Source: Camelus ferus (lineage: Eukaryota). From it: a stretch of DNA of 64,000 bases. The translations under genes were made by a program, and so were the position numbers. The notes below the pieces were generated by a model. The model was not told the DNA's origin, made no database searches, and was given only the letters and a program-made list of their open reading frames with translations. This document shows positions 25,295 to 37,470 of the stretch, piece after piece. Each line of letters begins with the position of its first letter. Position 1 is the stretch's first letter. The DNA is taken from contig NC_045696.1 in NCBI RefSeq assembly GCF_009834535.1, positions 54,376,001 to 54,440,000 of the forward strand. Direction: 5' to 3'.

Positions 25295-25472
25295 TTTATT
25301 TGATTTGGGGGTGGGGGGAGAAGTTAATTAGGTTTACTTATTTTTTTTTTTTTAATGGAGATACTAGGGAATGAACGCAAGACCTCATGCATGCTAAGCA
25401 CAAATTCTACCCACTACTATACCCTCCCCACTACTGAGATTTGCTCTCCCCTCACTGAGGTATACCCTGCCC
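25295..25472 (-). mobile_element. tRNA-derived SINE, camelid Vic-1-like, with reiterated 5' head
   Basis: The reverse complement matches the SINE at 58519: taattaggttta…tttaatggagatactaggg…gacctcatgcatgctaagcac…ctataccctcccc. Confidence 0.85.
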
Positions 25473-25565
25473 ACACAATCTTTTTAAAATATAAATTTTA
25501 GGGTCTTATTCCCAGACATTTTTTATTTTTGAATTCTCAAATAGGGCTATGGAATCTGTATGTAG

Positions 25566-25977
25566 TTTTTATTTTTTTATTGAAGTATAGTTAGTTGGCT
25601 TACAATATTGTGTCAATTTCTGGTGTACAGTATAGTGGTTCAGTTTTTATATATATGTGTGTATTATATATTTATATATGTATATATATTTTTTTTTCAT
25701 TTTTTCATTATAGGGTATTACATGGTATTGAATACAGTAGGACTTTGCTGTTTATCTATTTTATATACAGTAGTTAGTATCTGCAAATCCTGAACTCCCC
25801 ATTTATGCCTCCACCCCCCCACCTTTCTCCTTGGTAACTACAAGTTTGTTTTCTATGTCTGTGAGTCTGTTTCTGCTTTGTAAATAAGTTCATTTGTCTC
25901 ATTTTTTTAGATTCCACATATAAGTGATATCAGATGGTATCAGCCTTTCTCTTTCTGTCTTATTTCACTCAGTATGA
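25566..25977 (-). mobile_element. L1 3' end (ORF2 terminus plus 3' UTR), artiodactyl type
   Basis: ttttattgaagtatagtt…tacaatattgtgtcaatttctggtgtacag…aagtttgttttctatgtctgtgagtctgtttctg…tagattccacatataagtgata. Confidence 0.9.
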
Positions 25978-27164
25978 AAGTACCCCCCAGGGCAGTCTGA
26001 TGATCAATCAGGTTTGAAGACCACAATTTTAAGGTATCCACATCCAAAATCAAGGAAGCACTCATAAATATCATGTGGCCTGTTTTGCTAACTCATTATG
26101 GGTTTTACCAACTACGACCTTATCAAAACCTATTTAAGTTGACTTAGTTTATACTACTGCCTAAGAGTGAGGAATTGCATAAACGTATCCCTGCTACGTA
26201 CAGAGCCACCCTTAACTCCTGCAGCTTTCCCACCGTTCTGGTACCACAGGGGCAGGCCTTCTAGTCTTTGTTTATCTTTCCTGTGCCCTTCACACTTCTG
26301 TGGAGGTCAGCATGAAGGAAAGTCATCCTTTTAATCAGCTCTCATACAGCACCCTATTTTATCCCTTTCATCATTTGATCTGCTCTTTTCTAGCTCCATT
26401 TCCTCTCTTTTAAGGTTCATCAACCAGAACCTCATACAGTGCAGATGAACTAAGGTTTTGTACAAAGGTATTGCCCTTGGGGTTCCTGAGGAATGCCATG
26501 TACTTATCCTAAAAAAAGGCAAATCACAGGGTTTACAACCTGAAATAATATAGAAGATAGAGTCAGGCTAAGCCTATTTATTCTTTCCTTCCTCCTTGCA
26601 TCTTAAAATCTTGGAGGAAAAAGGGTAGGGATTAGATGATGGGACATTGGAGGAGCTGCAGTGACTCGGGAGGAGATACTCATTATTTCCGGCTGGTCCA
26701 TAATAGAGTTGAGAAGGTTCTAGGCATAATTGTCTTTGTTACCATCTTTCTAAATCCCTGGCTTCTAGTTTTTGTCCCTCCATTTGTATTCTCCTACATT
26801 TCTTTACGTGGTCTGTTGGCTGCCCAAGGTGTATCCCAAATCACATCAGCTCCCAAACACTTGCCCTCCCTAGTCTTCTCCCACTTGCAAAGGAAAATCA
26901 AGAATTTGCAGAAGAAATTCTGCTGAGCTGGCAGCCCTGAGAAACTGGTGATCTGATTATCTGATTAAAACATTTTACTGTGACTGTGAATGAATCTTAA
27001 CCCTTCCAGGGGTCATATGAATTTTGAAAGGCATTTCTCAAACCTAAATAATCTATGATTGATCACATTTTCCAGGCATGGGAATATGCAAAGTATGGGG
27101 TAGGTGGTGGTTCTGTTTTGTAGCGATAGCTGCTTCTTTCTCTTTTGCATACTGCTAGGCAAGA

Positions 27165-27195
27165 GTGTGTGTGTGTGTGTGTGCGTGTGTGTGTG
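27165..27195. repeat. (GT)n microsatellite, ~15 units with one interruption
   Basis: Read directly from the sequence. Confidence 0.95.
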
Positions 27196-27576
27196 GCTGG
27201 GTGTTCTATAAGGAGGGAAAAACACAGATCCTTCATTGTCCCTGTACAAAATACATACTTAAGTAAAGACAGAATGCTTCGGGGTAGAGATTTATCTTAA
27301 CTGACAGAATCTCTCCCTCTCTCTCTCTCTCTTTTTCCCAAAATTCAAAATCTCACAACTATGGAGAAGTTTCTATGTTCTAAGTTGTTTCTTGCAGACT
27401 GGTAATATCTTCATGGAGTTCATGAACAATTCCTTCTGTTTCTCCTTTTATATTTCTCTCCCTGCAAATCTTAGTACCAACTGCAAACTGAAATTGCAGT
27501 CTCATAGAATACTGGCTTTGGAGAGAAGCTAAGAAATCATCCAGTTACACTTGTCATCCTAGTTTTAATAGACATC

Positions 27577-28126
27577 TGTCGTTTTTGCAGTCTATTGTCT
27601 ACTCATCCGTTTTCTTGACAAAAGATTAGCCTGAATTACCTTTCAGAAACTACTCCTCTGTATCCTCAGCCCCAGTGGTTTGCCTGAACTTGACCTGATC
27701 CTCTACTAAAGGGAAATGGTAGGGCCTGATTGGCTTAATAAAACAACTCTCCTACACACCTCTGCCCTGTTCGTAGTAACTGGTTTAGGAATGGGAACAG
27801 GAGCCAACTATGGCTAAGGGGAATCAGATTTGGATTTTTCACTTTACTGTTGATGATAATGTTCTTTCCTCTGAATGTAAAATAGAGGATGAACATGCTA
27901 AAGAGCTATAGCCATCTTGCTATCATGAAACTGAACTTTCAGAATGAAACCACAAGAAAGGAGAGGAAGTAGGTGCTGTGGGTATCATCAGACCCATACA
28001 TATAGTCTCTGCATGACTGAGACTAGACTAAAATGGCCATTTCTCAGACAATGCATTCTCCTTCTGATTAATGTAATTTGGAACAGTGTTTTCAATCATT
28101 TGTATCAGAGAGGATCCAAAATGATA
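27577..28126 (+). mobile_element. Ancient ERVL-class solo LTR (LTR16/LTR33-like)
   Basis: gtaactggtttaggaatgggaacaggagccaa…gccatcttgctatcatga…aatgcattctccttctgattaatgtaatttgga…tcatttgtatcagagaggatccaaaatgata. Confidence 0.55.
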
Positions 28127-28659
28127 GGCCAACAGTGGGGAATGCATTTAATTCTACTCTAGCCTGATACACAGTTTTCTAGACATTAGGAAATCCTTCT
28201 GAATATCTCCTTTGAATCTTCCACCCATTTGTCCAAGTCTTTTATTTAAAGCTCTGCATAGATGATCAAAATTTATTTCATGCTGTTATCCTTCAAATAC
28301 TTAAGCACAATTAGCGTGACTTGTCTTCTTCAGATCCCCAAGTTATCAGTTCTGCAGGCTAAACACTTTGAGCTATACAATTTTTCTTTACATGACAAGT
28401 TCCCTTCCTTTGAATTACATATATTGTTAGAGTTCTTATTTAAACATGGTTCCTGTAACGGAATACCACATGATGGTGTGGGTTTACAGCTCTGTGTCAC
28501 TTGTCTCCTACCAACCCCCATTACAACTTTATTATTATTTATGCAATCTAATTGCACTCTTTTGTGAGCTGCTCTATCACTCTGGTGGTTAACTTTCGTC
28601 CTCCAAATAACCCAGAAAATTATTCACTTGAAATAGAAGCCATCTCAATCTTACATTTT

Positions 28660-29200
28660 TCGGATAACATTTCTATCACACAATCAATACATCTATGTTA
28701 TGAAAAATTAGAAGACACTGATAAGCATAAAGAAGAAAGTCTCATTCCTAAATTATCAACTGCAAAAACCACTGACATATTCCTGGATATCCCTCCATGC
28801 ACTTTTGTTTTCGTATATTTGCATGTCTACATATACCAAAACTTCATCTTATAAAAATTAAGTATATAATATTCACCTGTAGTCATTTTATCTGCTTTAT
28901 CATAACATATTTGCATGTCAGTAAATAGATGTTTACCACATAATTTTGATGACTGCTTCGTATTTCACCATTGTAGTGCTATAATTTGTTTGACCAATCG
29001 ACTATTCATGTTTTTGCTCTTATTTGCTTGTCTGTCATTAAACATTTTCCTGATGATTTCCTTAGAGTACATCTCTCAAGTACAGGACCCAGTTTAAAAG
29101 TCATAAATACTTTACAACTTCGGTTGTACATCTCCACTTTTCCCTCCAGGAAGATCAAACTAATTTATAATTCCATCAGCAACATCCCGACATCACCAGG
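28660..29200 (-). mobile_element. Ancient L1M (L1ME/L1MC-like) fragment
   Basis: aatacatctatgttatgaaaaattagaagacactgataagc…ccactgacatattcctggatatccctcca…ataatttgtttgaccaatc…gatttccttagagtac. Confidence 0.55.
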
Positions 29201-30309
29201 CATCATGGAATTTTTTTAAAAACTTATCTTCTGGACATATATCTTTATCATGTTTGTTTTGGCCCCAGAGTTTAGCCTGTCAAGATTGTTTTAAGTCTTA
29301 AGTCTTTCATTAATGCATTATTTATATTCACCTCCTGTCACATTATCATCTACAACTGATAAGTTACTTCTATGACATAGTTAATAACATTGATAAAAAT
29401 CTTGACTAAGGTCATGCCTTGTTAAAGTTGGGCCCTCTGAGAGGTCTTTCCAGGTTGATGGTAATTTCTAATACTCTGGATTCAACAAGCAATTGTTATA
29501 TCTCACTTACTATCACCCAACTCATGCCTTCACATTGTCAGCTAGACTTGGCATTCGCAATAAAATAAAGCTATGCCTCCGTGTGGATTTCCCTACCACA
29601 TCTCCAGCCAGCTCTCCCATGAGATTAAATAAGCCCAAAGTAGCAATTCCCCACTGTAACATCCTCTACCTTAAGAAAGATGAAACTGTCAGCAAAGCAA
29701 GTCAGGTCAATAATTTATCAGTGTCTGCTGTTAGTAGATATTTCAGTGTGAATGCCCTCATCTAGACCATTTATAACAGTGCCAAAACTGGCCCCAGGAG
29801 TAATTCCTATGAGTCTTAATTATTAGCCTTTCCCTATACATAGAAATGCATATTTAGTCCTCTCTCTTTTCTTCTTACTTGCTTCTTTCTCTTCTTCTTT
29901 CTTCCAGTCCAATCTCCTAGTATAAATTATTTCTTTTAATGTGAGAGAAATTAATTTTAACAGTTTTCTTGTTATGCAAAGATACTAATATTGCCCAATG
30001 TTCTAAAAATTCTCTTAAGCTTCTCAAGAATATAAGGGTACAAGAGCATACAGGCTAGAGACAAGGAGTGTTCAGGAACATTTAAAACTGGAATGGGAAA
30101 AGACAGAGCTTAGGCAAGTTATTTAATATGAAGGACAATAGTCTTGTTCCACTATCAGTCAGATTGATATGTACCATGTGTATCTCACAGAGGTCCCAAG
30201 CACAACAAATGGAAGTATGTTTGTGTGTGTGCATGCCTGTGTGTATCATCATGAAGCACCAAAGAATAAGGTCTAATCATTAGCATGCTTAATAAAACTA
30301 AACATATAT

Positions 30310-30455
30310 ATATTTTTTTCATTTAATCTGCAGTGAGGTCAGGGTCATTATCTGAATTTTAACAGCTTCATGAATGAGGCTCCAAGAGTTTGCTACCCAC
30401 TCCTAGAGTAAGTGCCAGAACTGAATCATCAGCCTCAGCACATGTGGTTCCAAAT
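30310..30455 (-). mobile_element. MIR fragment
   Basis: tcatttaatctgcagtgagg…cattatctgaattttaacag…gtaagtgccagaactgaatc. Confidence 0.45.
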
Positions 30456-33400
30456 CAACAAGAATACACAGGCGGTGAGGTGTGTGGTTGCAAGTAATTT
30501 GCTCCTTATCATAGAATATTAAAGTCTGTGAAATAAAAGTAACAATAAAAACAATTTAGAGTTGTTCAAAATTTTATCTTTATGCTACTCTTACTCCTTG
30601 GAATTGTATGTTCTTTCCTGTGTGATTTAAAAAGGGGGTAAGGGTACAGCCAGAGTGAAATCAATTATTTACACTTAACATCCAGCCTTTCTGAGGGACC
30701 CACGGGGAGCAACATATACTGACACCACTTTAATAACTGTGTTGACTATAAATTATTGTTGTACCTGACTTCACTATAAACATCGTGATGTTCTGTTGAA
30801 ATCTGGATATGCCCATGGGAGTGCGTTGAGTATATGAATGTCATCTGTCATACGTGTCTCAGCAGAAACAATGGCTGGGAATGGTCGACAACAGGAGGCG
30901 CCAATTCTGAACGAGGTGTATACTAATCCATATACCTCTTTAAAGAGCTCCTCATTGAGCTAGCTGATGTGTGGAATTATCTACCCCTCCAAGGACAGGA
31001 AATTTCATTATTTTAAGATATAAGCCCCTATAACTAGACCTTGTTTGCATAAAGGGGGTCCTACTGCAATCCCTCAGTTACCTAGATACCATTTAATTAA
31101 GTCCCTTAAAACAAAGAAAGACTTTTGCTGAGTGGATCCTTGATAGCGGAAGAACAAATACAGATGCCTGGAATGACTAAGACTTCACAGTGTTACTGAA
31201 CAGGAACAGCTATACCACAGAAAATAAGATAAGCAGAGACCTGGAAATAGAGAAGCAGATGTCAGCTTTCTATGACCTGGTGAACTGAAAATATTTAAAT
31301 AACTGAAATGCCACAACTAGTCTTGTCAGATCCTCCTTAAACAATGATTGTTAACACCAGCCATGGAGTTCTTTGGATGTTTTTCTGGATGGCCAAATCT
31401 GGTTGCTAGGGTAAATGTTCAACTATGGGTATAGTTTATCTACTAAAGGTTACACTTGCCAAACTCCTACATAATTTAAAAGGTATTATTAACTGCAGGA
31501 AATTCACTCACTTTGACATCATCTGAAAAGGAGGTTTATACAGAAATGAAGTCTTCTGCATAATTAAAGCATAGCCCTTGTAAAAGCCAGTTCTGTAGCA
31601 GTATTTAAGGGTGGCTAGTCCTACTCTAATAGATCCCAACTAGAGTGATAAACTTTAAGCTATGGTTTCTGCTTTGACAGTAAGCAATCTGACAGCCAGG
31701 AAAAAGCCATGGGCTAAAAAACCAGATAACCACATCTAAGCAAATCATCTCATGTAGGAGTAATAGGCTCTGAAGGAGAGTTGGAGGGGAAAATTTCTTG
31801 AACTTTGGTACATGTGTAGCATACACAACTGTGGGTGTGAAAACAGACCCTTGTAAGAACAGATTAAACGGCTGTTCCATGTTGTTCCTCAGATATCACA
31901 CAATGTCTCTGCCCAAGAGAAATCCTGCTCAGCTCATACCCAACAGGGAATTGACTCTTCCTGCCATAGACAGGATGGATAAGTCCCACACCACCTCCCT
32001 CTCCTGGGCCAAACATGGGGAAGAGTATTAAGGCAGATCAAAAAGAAGCAATGCTGAATAAAGTACTCTGGGTAGCAGCTGCATGCACACAATGTCAGAA
32101 AATGTTCTAAAACTTTCAGAAAATATCTGTTCCACAAAAATAAAGAGAAGTCATCCTTGATCTCTAAGTAATGGAAAGCACAATGTCAACCTCTTCATCT
32201 ATAGCTAAGGACACTTTTAGAAAAGATCTGAACTCTGAATAATTGCTAAAGCCAAGGCTTAGGTTTCTCTGTAATTAGTAACAAAGATCCTGACTAAAGC
32301 CAGCAATCATCCTGGGCACACTGTAGGAGACAGGGGAAGAATTAGCAGAACCAACAAGATGAAAAGACAAGGGAAGCCAGGATCCACTGCACCATACTGT
32401 GTCAGACTGAGCGAGAAGAAATCAGAATATCAGAAACCATTTCATATTATATATTGCTTATTACATTTCATTATGCTTAAATTAATGGTATAATAAGCTA
32501 CAGTGAAACTTAAATCCATAGGGTGCATTCAGTCTTTCTAAGTCCCTAAACTGAAGGCTCCTACGAAGTATTATCATAATACTATTATCAATGACTGAAC
32601 CAGAGGGACCCTAAATGACAACTGCAGTTAACACTCTGGCATGCAAAAAAGGGTAGGAGTGAAATCACTGATTAGGGTATACACAAGCTAACGGAGCACG
32701 TACATTCATATCAACCCACTAAGTGGTACAATTAATTGTTTTTCTTAGAGAGGTTTTTGTTTTTGCTTACTTTAGGGACAAGTGATGTTTTGGATAAGAG
32801 CAATATCACTCAACATTCAAAATAAAGAAAAAACCCTCTGCTCCAAGTACAAGCACTTAAAGTTTTTGAAATTTAATTTGCAATTCAGAGTGGGCCAACC
32901 TGATGCACAATAAACAATGAATAACACAACATCATAACTCCGCCATAATAACAATGATGCGGAGTATTGATGTTGCTGTTTCCTCAATGACTTTGATTCC
33001 TTTGTTCCTTCCTTTATTTGCATGTATTCACGATAAGCTGACCTGTACTTTAGAATGCCAAGCAAGGTTAGGAGGAAATATGTGAATGGTGCATATTGAT
33101 TTAATTTTGAAAGCTTAAATAATCACTTTTTATTTAAATAATTTTAACAGCTATTTGATTAAAGATTGTGACTTTCAATAGTACAAAGAATTTACCACTT
33201 GTTGGAGGCTCAGTATATATTGAAACATCAGAGCTGTAAAATTCAAAGTGTTGCTCTCTTCATTATCTTTCATTGTATGTTTATAGCAGTTTGTATCTTT
33301 ATTTCCCATAGCACAGTACACTTACTCCTCACCATTTTATCCACAAGAGATAGCCCCCACCTTATCTTTCCTATACCTCTGCTCTAAGGAAACATTCAAT

Positions 33401-36400
33401 GTTAACACACTCTATATCAAATTAGACTTTTTCTTTAAAGATCACTGGGGCAGGGTTTGGGGGTGGTCGGAGGAAGACCTGATTCTGAGAAGTTATTGGT
33501 GAATAGTTCCATGATATTCAGAAACTGACAAAATGAGCAAAAGAAAGGTGATACATTTCAATAAAGTCAAAGCGTCACATGAAATTAACACAAATACAAT
33601 AATTTGCCCATAAAATATTAGTGCATACTTCCTGGTATCTCTCCCAATTTCTCTCTCCCTGTCTTTCACATTCCCTTTCTTTCATTCTCCCTCTGTTAGT
33701 TGGCAACAGCCTCATATAGCTGTTTTTTTTCCCTTTATACTCATTTGGTGCTGACAGAAATTGAGAACTTCAGTACAACCTAAAATAAATTCAGAATCTC
33801 ATGCACCTACACATATACTCAAAACACACACATCAATGTTACTTATATTCAGTTACATAAATATTGTTGAAGCAGTGTAAAGAAAATTTAAAATAAATTT
33901 TGAAAATATCAGTTAACCCACATCTCATAGAACAAGAAGCATTACTGGTCAATAGCAAGGATGCCAGGTTTATGAAAATCAAGTCTTTTGAATCAATTTA
34001 ATCACTTTCTATGAATGATAAGTTAATGTCACAGATTATAGGGGAAGGAGAGAGATGATCTTGGTCTGCATGGAATTCTACAAAAGGAATTAAAATTTAA
34101 GTGTCTTTATGCTTTCAACAAAGTCTACAAGTTTCAAAGTTTTAAAACTAAAAGTTGAGCCTCTTTTTGAGGAAGACTGCAGAAGACTGCAAATAGTAAA
34201 AGATTGCAAACTTCATCAGAAAGAATGTGTATCGATGTTAATTAAGCATTCATTAGAAAAGAAGGCTAAGGGAGCCATGGGAGAAGAAAGAGAAAGTAAG
34301 CTCTAGCTGTTAGTAATTTAGGAAGTCAGAATAGCCTGTCTTGATTAGAAGTTAAGGGTCACAGTTTGGGGAGGAGAACAGAAAAAAACTAGTGAGATTT
34401 TCTTCCCTTGCTTTTTATATCTTTCATTTTAGACTTCAAAAGCCACTGTGCAAAGGACATAATAGATTTTTTTTAAGGTCAGTATACAGTGAGAAAGGAA
34501 CCACAATGTGAGTTTCAGATCTCCTCACAAGGACTGATTAAGAAGGCTTTTGTAAGAAAGCTAATTAAGGCAATTAACCCAGCATCAGGCAGAGCAGCTG
34601 GTGGAGATTTTCCAAGCAAAACCTGAACTAACTTAGATGTCCCACTGTCCATGGCATAGTCCAGGAGGGCCTAGCTTTTATAAAAAGATAAGAGTAAATT
34701 GTAATTTAGGCCTGGGAAGGAAATCAAGGGTTTGATTAAGTGAAGAGCAAATTGATAATTGTTAAGGACAAATCAAAATTGTCTAAGTGTAACTTAAAAC
34801 TAATATTGTGTACTGACAGCTCCTCATGCACTGAAAGGGACAGGCACATTTTGACTTGTTAATTCATCTCATTTTAACATTAAATCAAATGTCTATCACC
34901 TTAAGGTAAAACTGATCTTTCTTTTATAAAGTATCATAAGTGGGTGGACCACGAGCATCACTGTTATTAATCCCATGGTCTCAGTCATTGCTTACCCTAG
35001 ACGGCACCATCAGAAATCTGATGGAGAAAATTAAAGTGGACATTCTGGTCTCTGGCACCTCCCTGACAAATTTCAATTAATTCTTTGTTCATAAACGAAC
35101 TAGGAAACAGCTCTCTTCTTCCAAATGATATTGTAAAGGGCTCTTACCTGACCTAGCTGTTCTCCAGCCTTGCTCCTCTCCAATCCATCACATGCACTAT
35201 TGCTTACTCCTATGTCATCAAGAAGCCTTCTTTGAACCCTCAGGTTGAACCCCACTGTCCTCAAACTATCATACCCCCATTGCTCAGTTTGTACGTTGTT
35301 TGGAAAAAGTTTTTGCTTATATGTCTGCTTCCTCAAATAAATTTGACTTATAGTTGTACCCACAAAGTTTAGAAGAATAGCAGACATCTAGCAGATGGTC
35401 CTTGTGTGTCTATTAAACCAAAGGCAAAGGATTATAACTGGCTGTCTGCCTTTAAATAGGCAATACTCAAAGTACTGCTTTTTTTTTTTTTAAGACCAAT
35501 TAAATAAACATTGTGCTTTGGGATTATTCTCTCCTGATAGGGAACACTTTGATCTTTATTTCAATTTGATTTTATCTGGAAAATACTGCCAGGTGACAGG
35601 GAATCGGTAAGGGTTTTATGTTCTGACATATGGCCCCAAAGGATGGGTAAGGATTAGTCCTCCACTGCATGCCAGCAGATGCTCTAGTGGGGGTACAGAA
35701 GAACATGAGTGCTTCTCACTAGAATGAGAGGGAGGGTCCATGGACATCACTGTAATTAAAAGTTTAAGAATGCATGCAAAAGAATCTAGGCTTAAAGAGA
35801 TAATTTTAATAGAACTTTATACAGAGCCCTTATAGGTCCTTATTCAATTAAGAACCATAGAAGAGGTCATGTTCAAAACAGGAGACTTCTCTGCAGTTCA
35901 TGGCAATTCTAATACACAGGTTCACTGCCTCTGTTTATCACTATTGAACAGTTTTGCATCCTCCTGTGGGTTTTGTTTCTCTTCTTTTAATATCTGTGAA
36001 GAGGGAAGGAAAGAAACACTTCAAAAATGAAAGGTTAGTTTCCTAAATCATAAAGATGAGCTTTGTAATCATTTTCCTTTAAGCAAAGAATTAAAGGGTA
36101 ATAAAAGCCCTAATTAAGGGCTTCATTAGCTTAACTAGATTTTCAAAAGCGAAACACCGTTATAAAGAACTGCTGTAGAACAGAAAGGCCTCCTGTCCAT
36201 GGTGAACCCCAAGGAAAGCATTCCTGCGAGGATGTTTCTTCTGCTTCCATCTTTCTGTCCACTCAGGGTTATTCCCTTTTTCCATGATCACCAATTCTCT
36301 TCGCTCTCTCCATGAATCCGACTTCTTGTCCTTTTACTTTCCCAATGTTTCTGCCTTCTTTCATTTTCTTTTATTTCTTTTCATTTTAAAATGTGTCATG

Positions 36401-36924
36401 ATTCATTCATTCATTTATTAATTCAACTTCCAATTATTCAGCCTTTAATATGTGCTAGGAGGCACAGATTCACAGCACATGTTTTTTGTCTTTCTTGTCC
36501 TCGGGCCCATTCATTCATCATTGACCACCCATGTAATTACTTTCTTTGTCCTTTCTCTAAGGGAATAATGCCTCTTCTGGTGTGGTTTTACAACCTCCCA
36601 TGTTCTTTCAGCTCTCTTTTTCTCTTATGCAATAACCCTAATATTTTATCAGCTACTTTTGACTTACCCAATTCCACAGATGACATTATCATATTATATT
36701 ATTGGGTTATTCTATGACCTTCATTATTGGTGCGTATTAAAATAAGTCAGTAGAGACAATAGACATATATTTTTACGATGCTCTTTTAAATCCGGCCAGA
36801 GCTAAGCCAGCTGCATGCAAAATGATTCTGTTAGTCCGGGAAAGTATTAATAAGACATTCTCCTCCAATAGCATGATATTTTTGGAGTTAATATTTAACC
36901 TAATATGTCATGGGACTCCTCAGG

Positions 36925-37140
36925 TGAGGGGCTAAACATTCTCAAATTGTTTCACAGTGGAATTTTTTGTTTTTAACTTTAAACTCACAATCTAAAAGGG
37001 AGAGTTGAATTTCGCACAGTAGAATCCCGAGACTGTACTCTAGGTTTATTGAATAAGAATCTCCTGAGGGTAGGGTTTGAGAGTTAGAATATTTTTAAAT
37101 ATTTTGGGAGACTCAGAGACCAAACTTTGAGAACCACTGG
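36925..37140. mobile_element. MER5-type hAT-Charlie element
   Basis: tgaataagaatctcctgagggtagggtttgagag…tatttttaaa…ccaaactttgagaaccactg. Confidence 0.55.
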
Positions 37141-37144
37141 GGTA

Positions 37145-37300
37145 AGCTTTGAAGCCAAGAGATTTTGGTTAAGATGCCAGCTGTTCATTGATTCCCTTCC
37201 AGGAACTCTGGTTTGCTCATTAATAGGATTAATTATATCCAGTGCATGGAGTTGTTATTAGGATTAAATGAAATAATGTACTTTTCTACAAATAACTAGT
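37145..37300 (+). mobile_element. MIR fragment
   Basis: gctttgaagccaagagattttggttaagatgccagct…gagttgttattaggattaaatgaaataatgtac. Confidence 0.6.
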
Positions 37301-37319
37301 TCATAAAAAAACCCAATGA

Positions 37320-37470
37320 TTAAAAATATGTTATATGTATTAAGAATAACATTTCTTGTATTTCTATATTTTTAAATATTTTATGAAATATTTAATTTTC
37401 ATTAAAGATTTTATTTAATATTAATAAACATTAATTTATTTAATATTTATAAATACTAATTTTATTAAAT
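37320..37470. repeat. Extremely AT-rich tract with an imperfect 25-bp tandem repeat
   Basis: tttatttaatattaataaacattaa (37410-37434) followed by tttatttaatatttataaatactaa (37435-37459). Confidence 0.8.

Larger units (their letters stand above)
25249..26025. mobile_element. MER5-type hAT-Charlie element split into three pieces by a SINE and an L1 insertion
   Basis: Pieces at ~25249-25290 (ttcccaaatcctatgaacatcagaatca), ~25475-25565 (tttttaaaatataaatt…ggaatctgtatgt) and ~25978-26025 (ccccagggcagtctgatgatc…tttgaagaccac). Confidence 0.55.

Noticed and set aside
30336..30347. DR0 element AGGTCAGGGTCA
   Set aside because: Lies inside a decayed MIR as an isolated motif, with no other support.
30885..30903. 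CTCF-like motif acaacaggaggcgc (also near-matches at ~17737, ~21101 and ~35672)
   Set aside because: Several mismatches or a missing G in the core; cannot be supported without a matrix scan.
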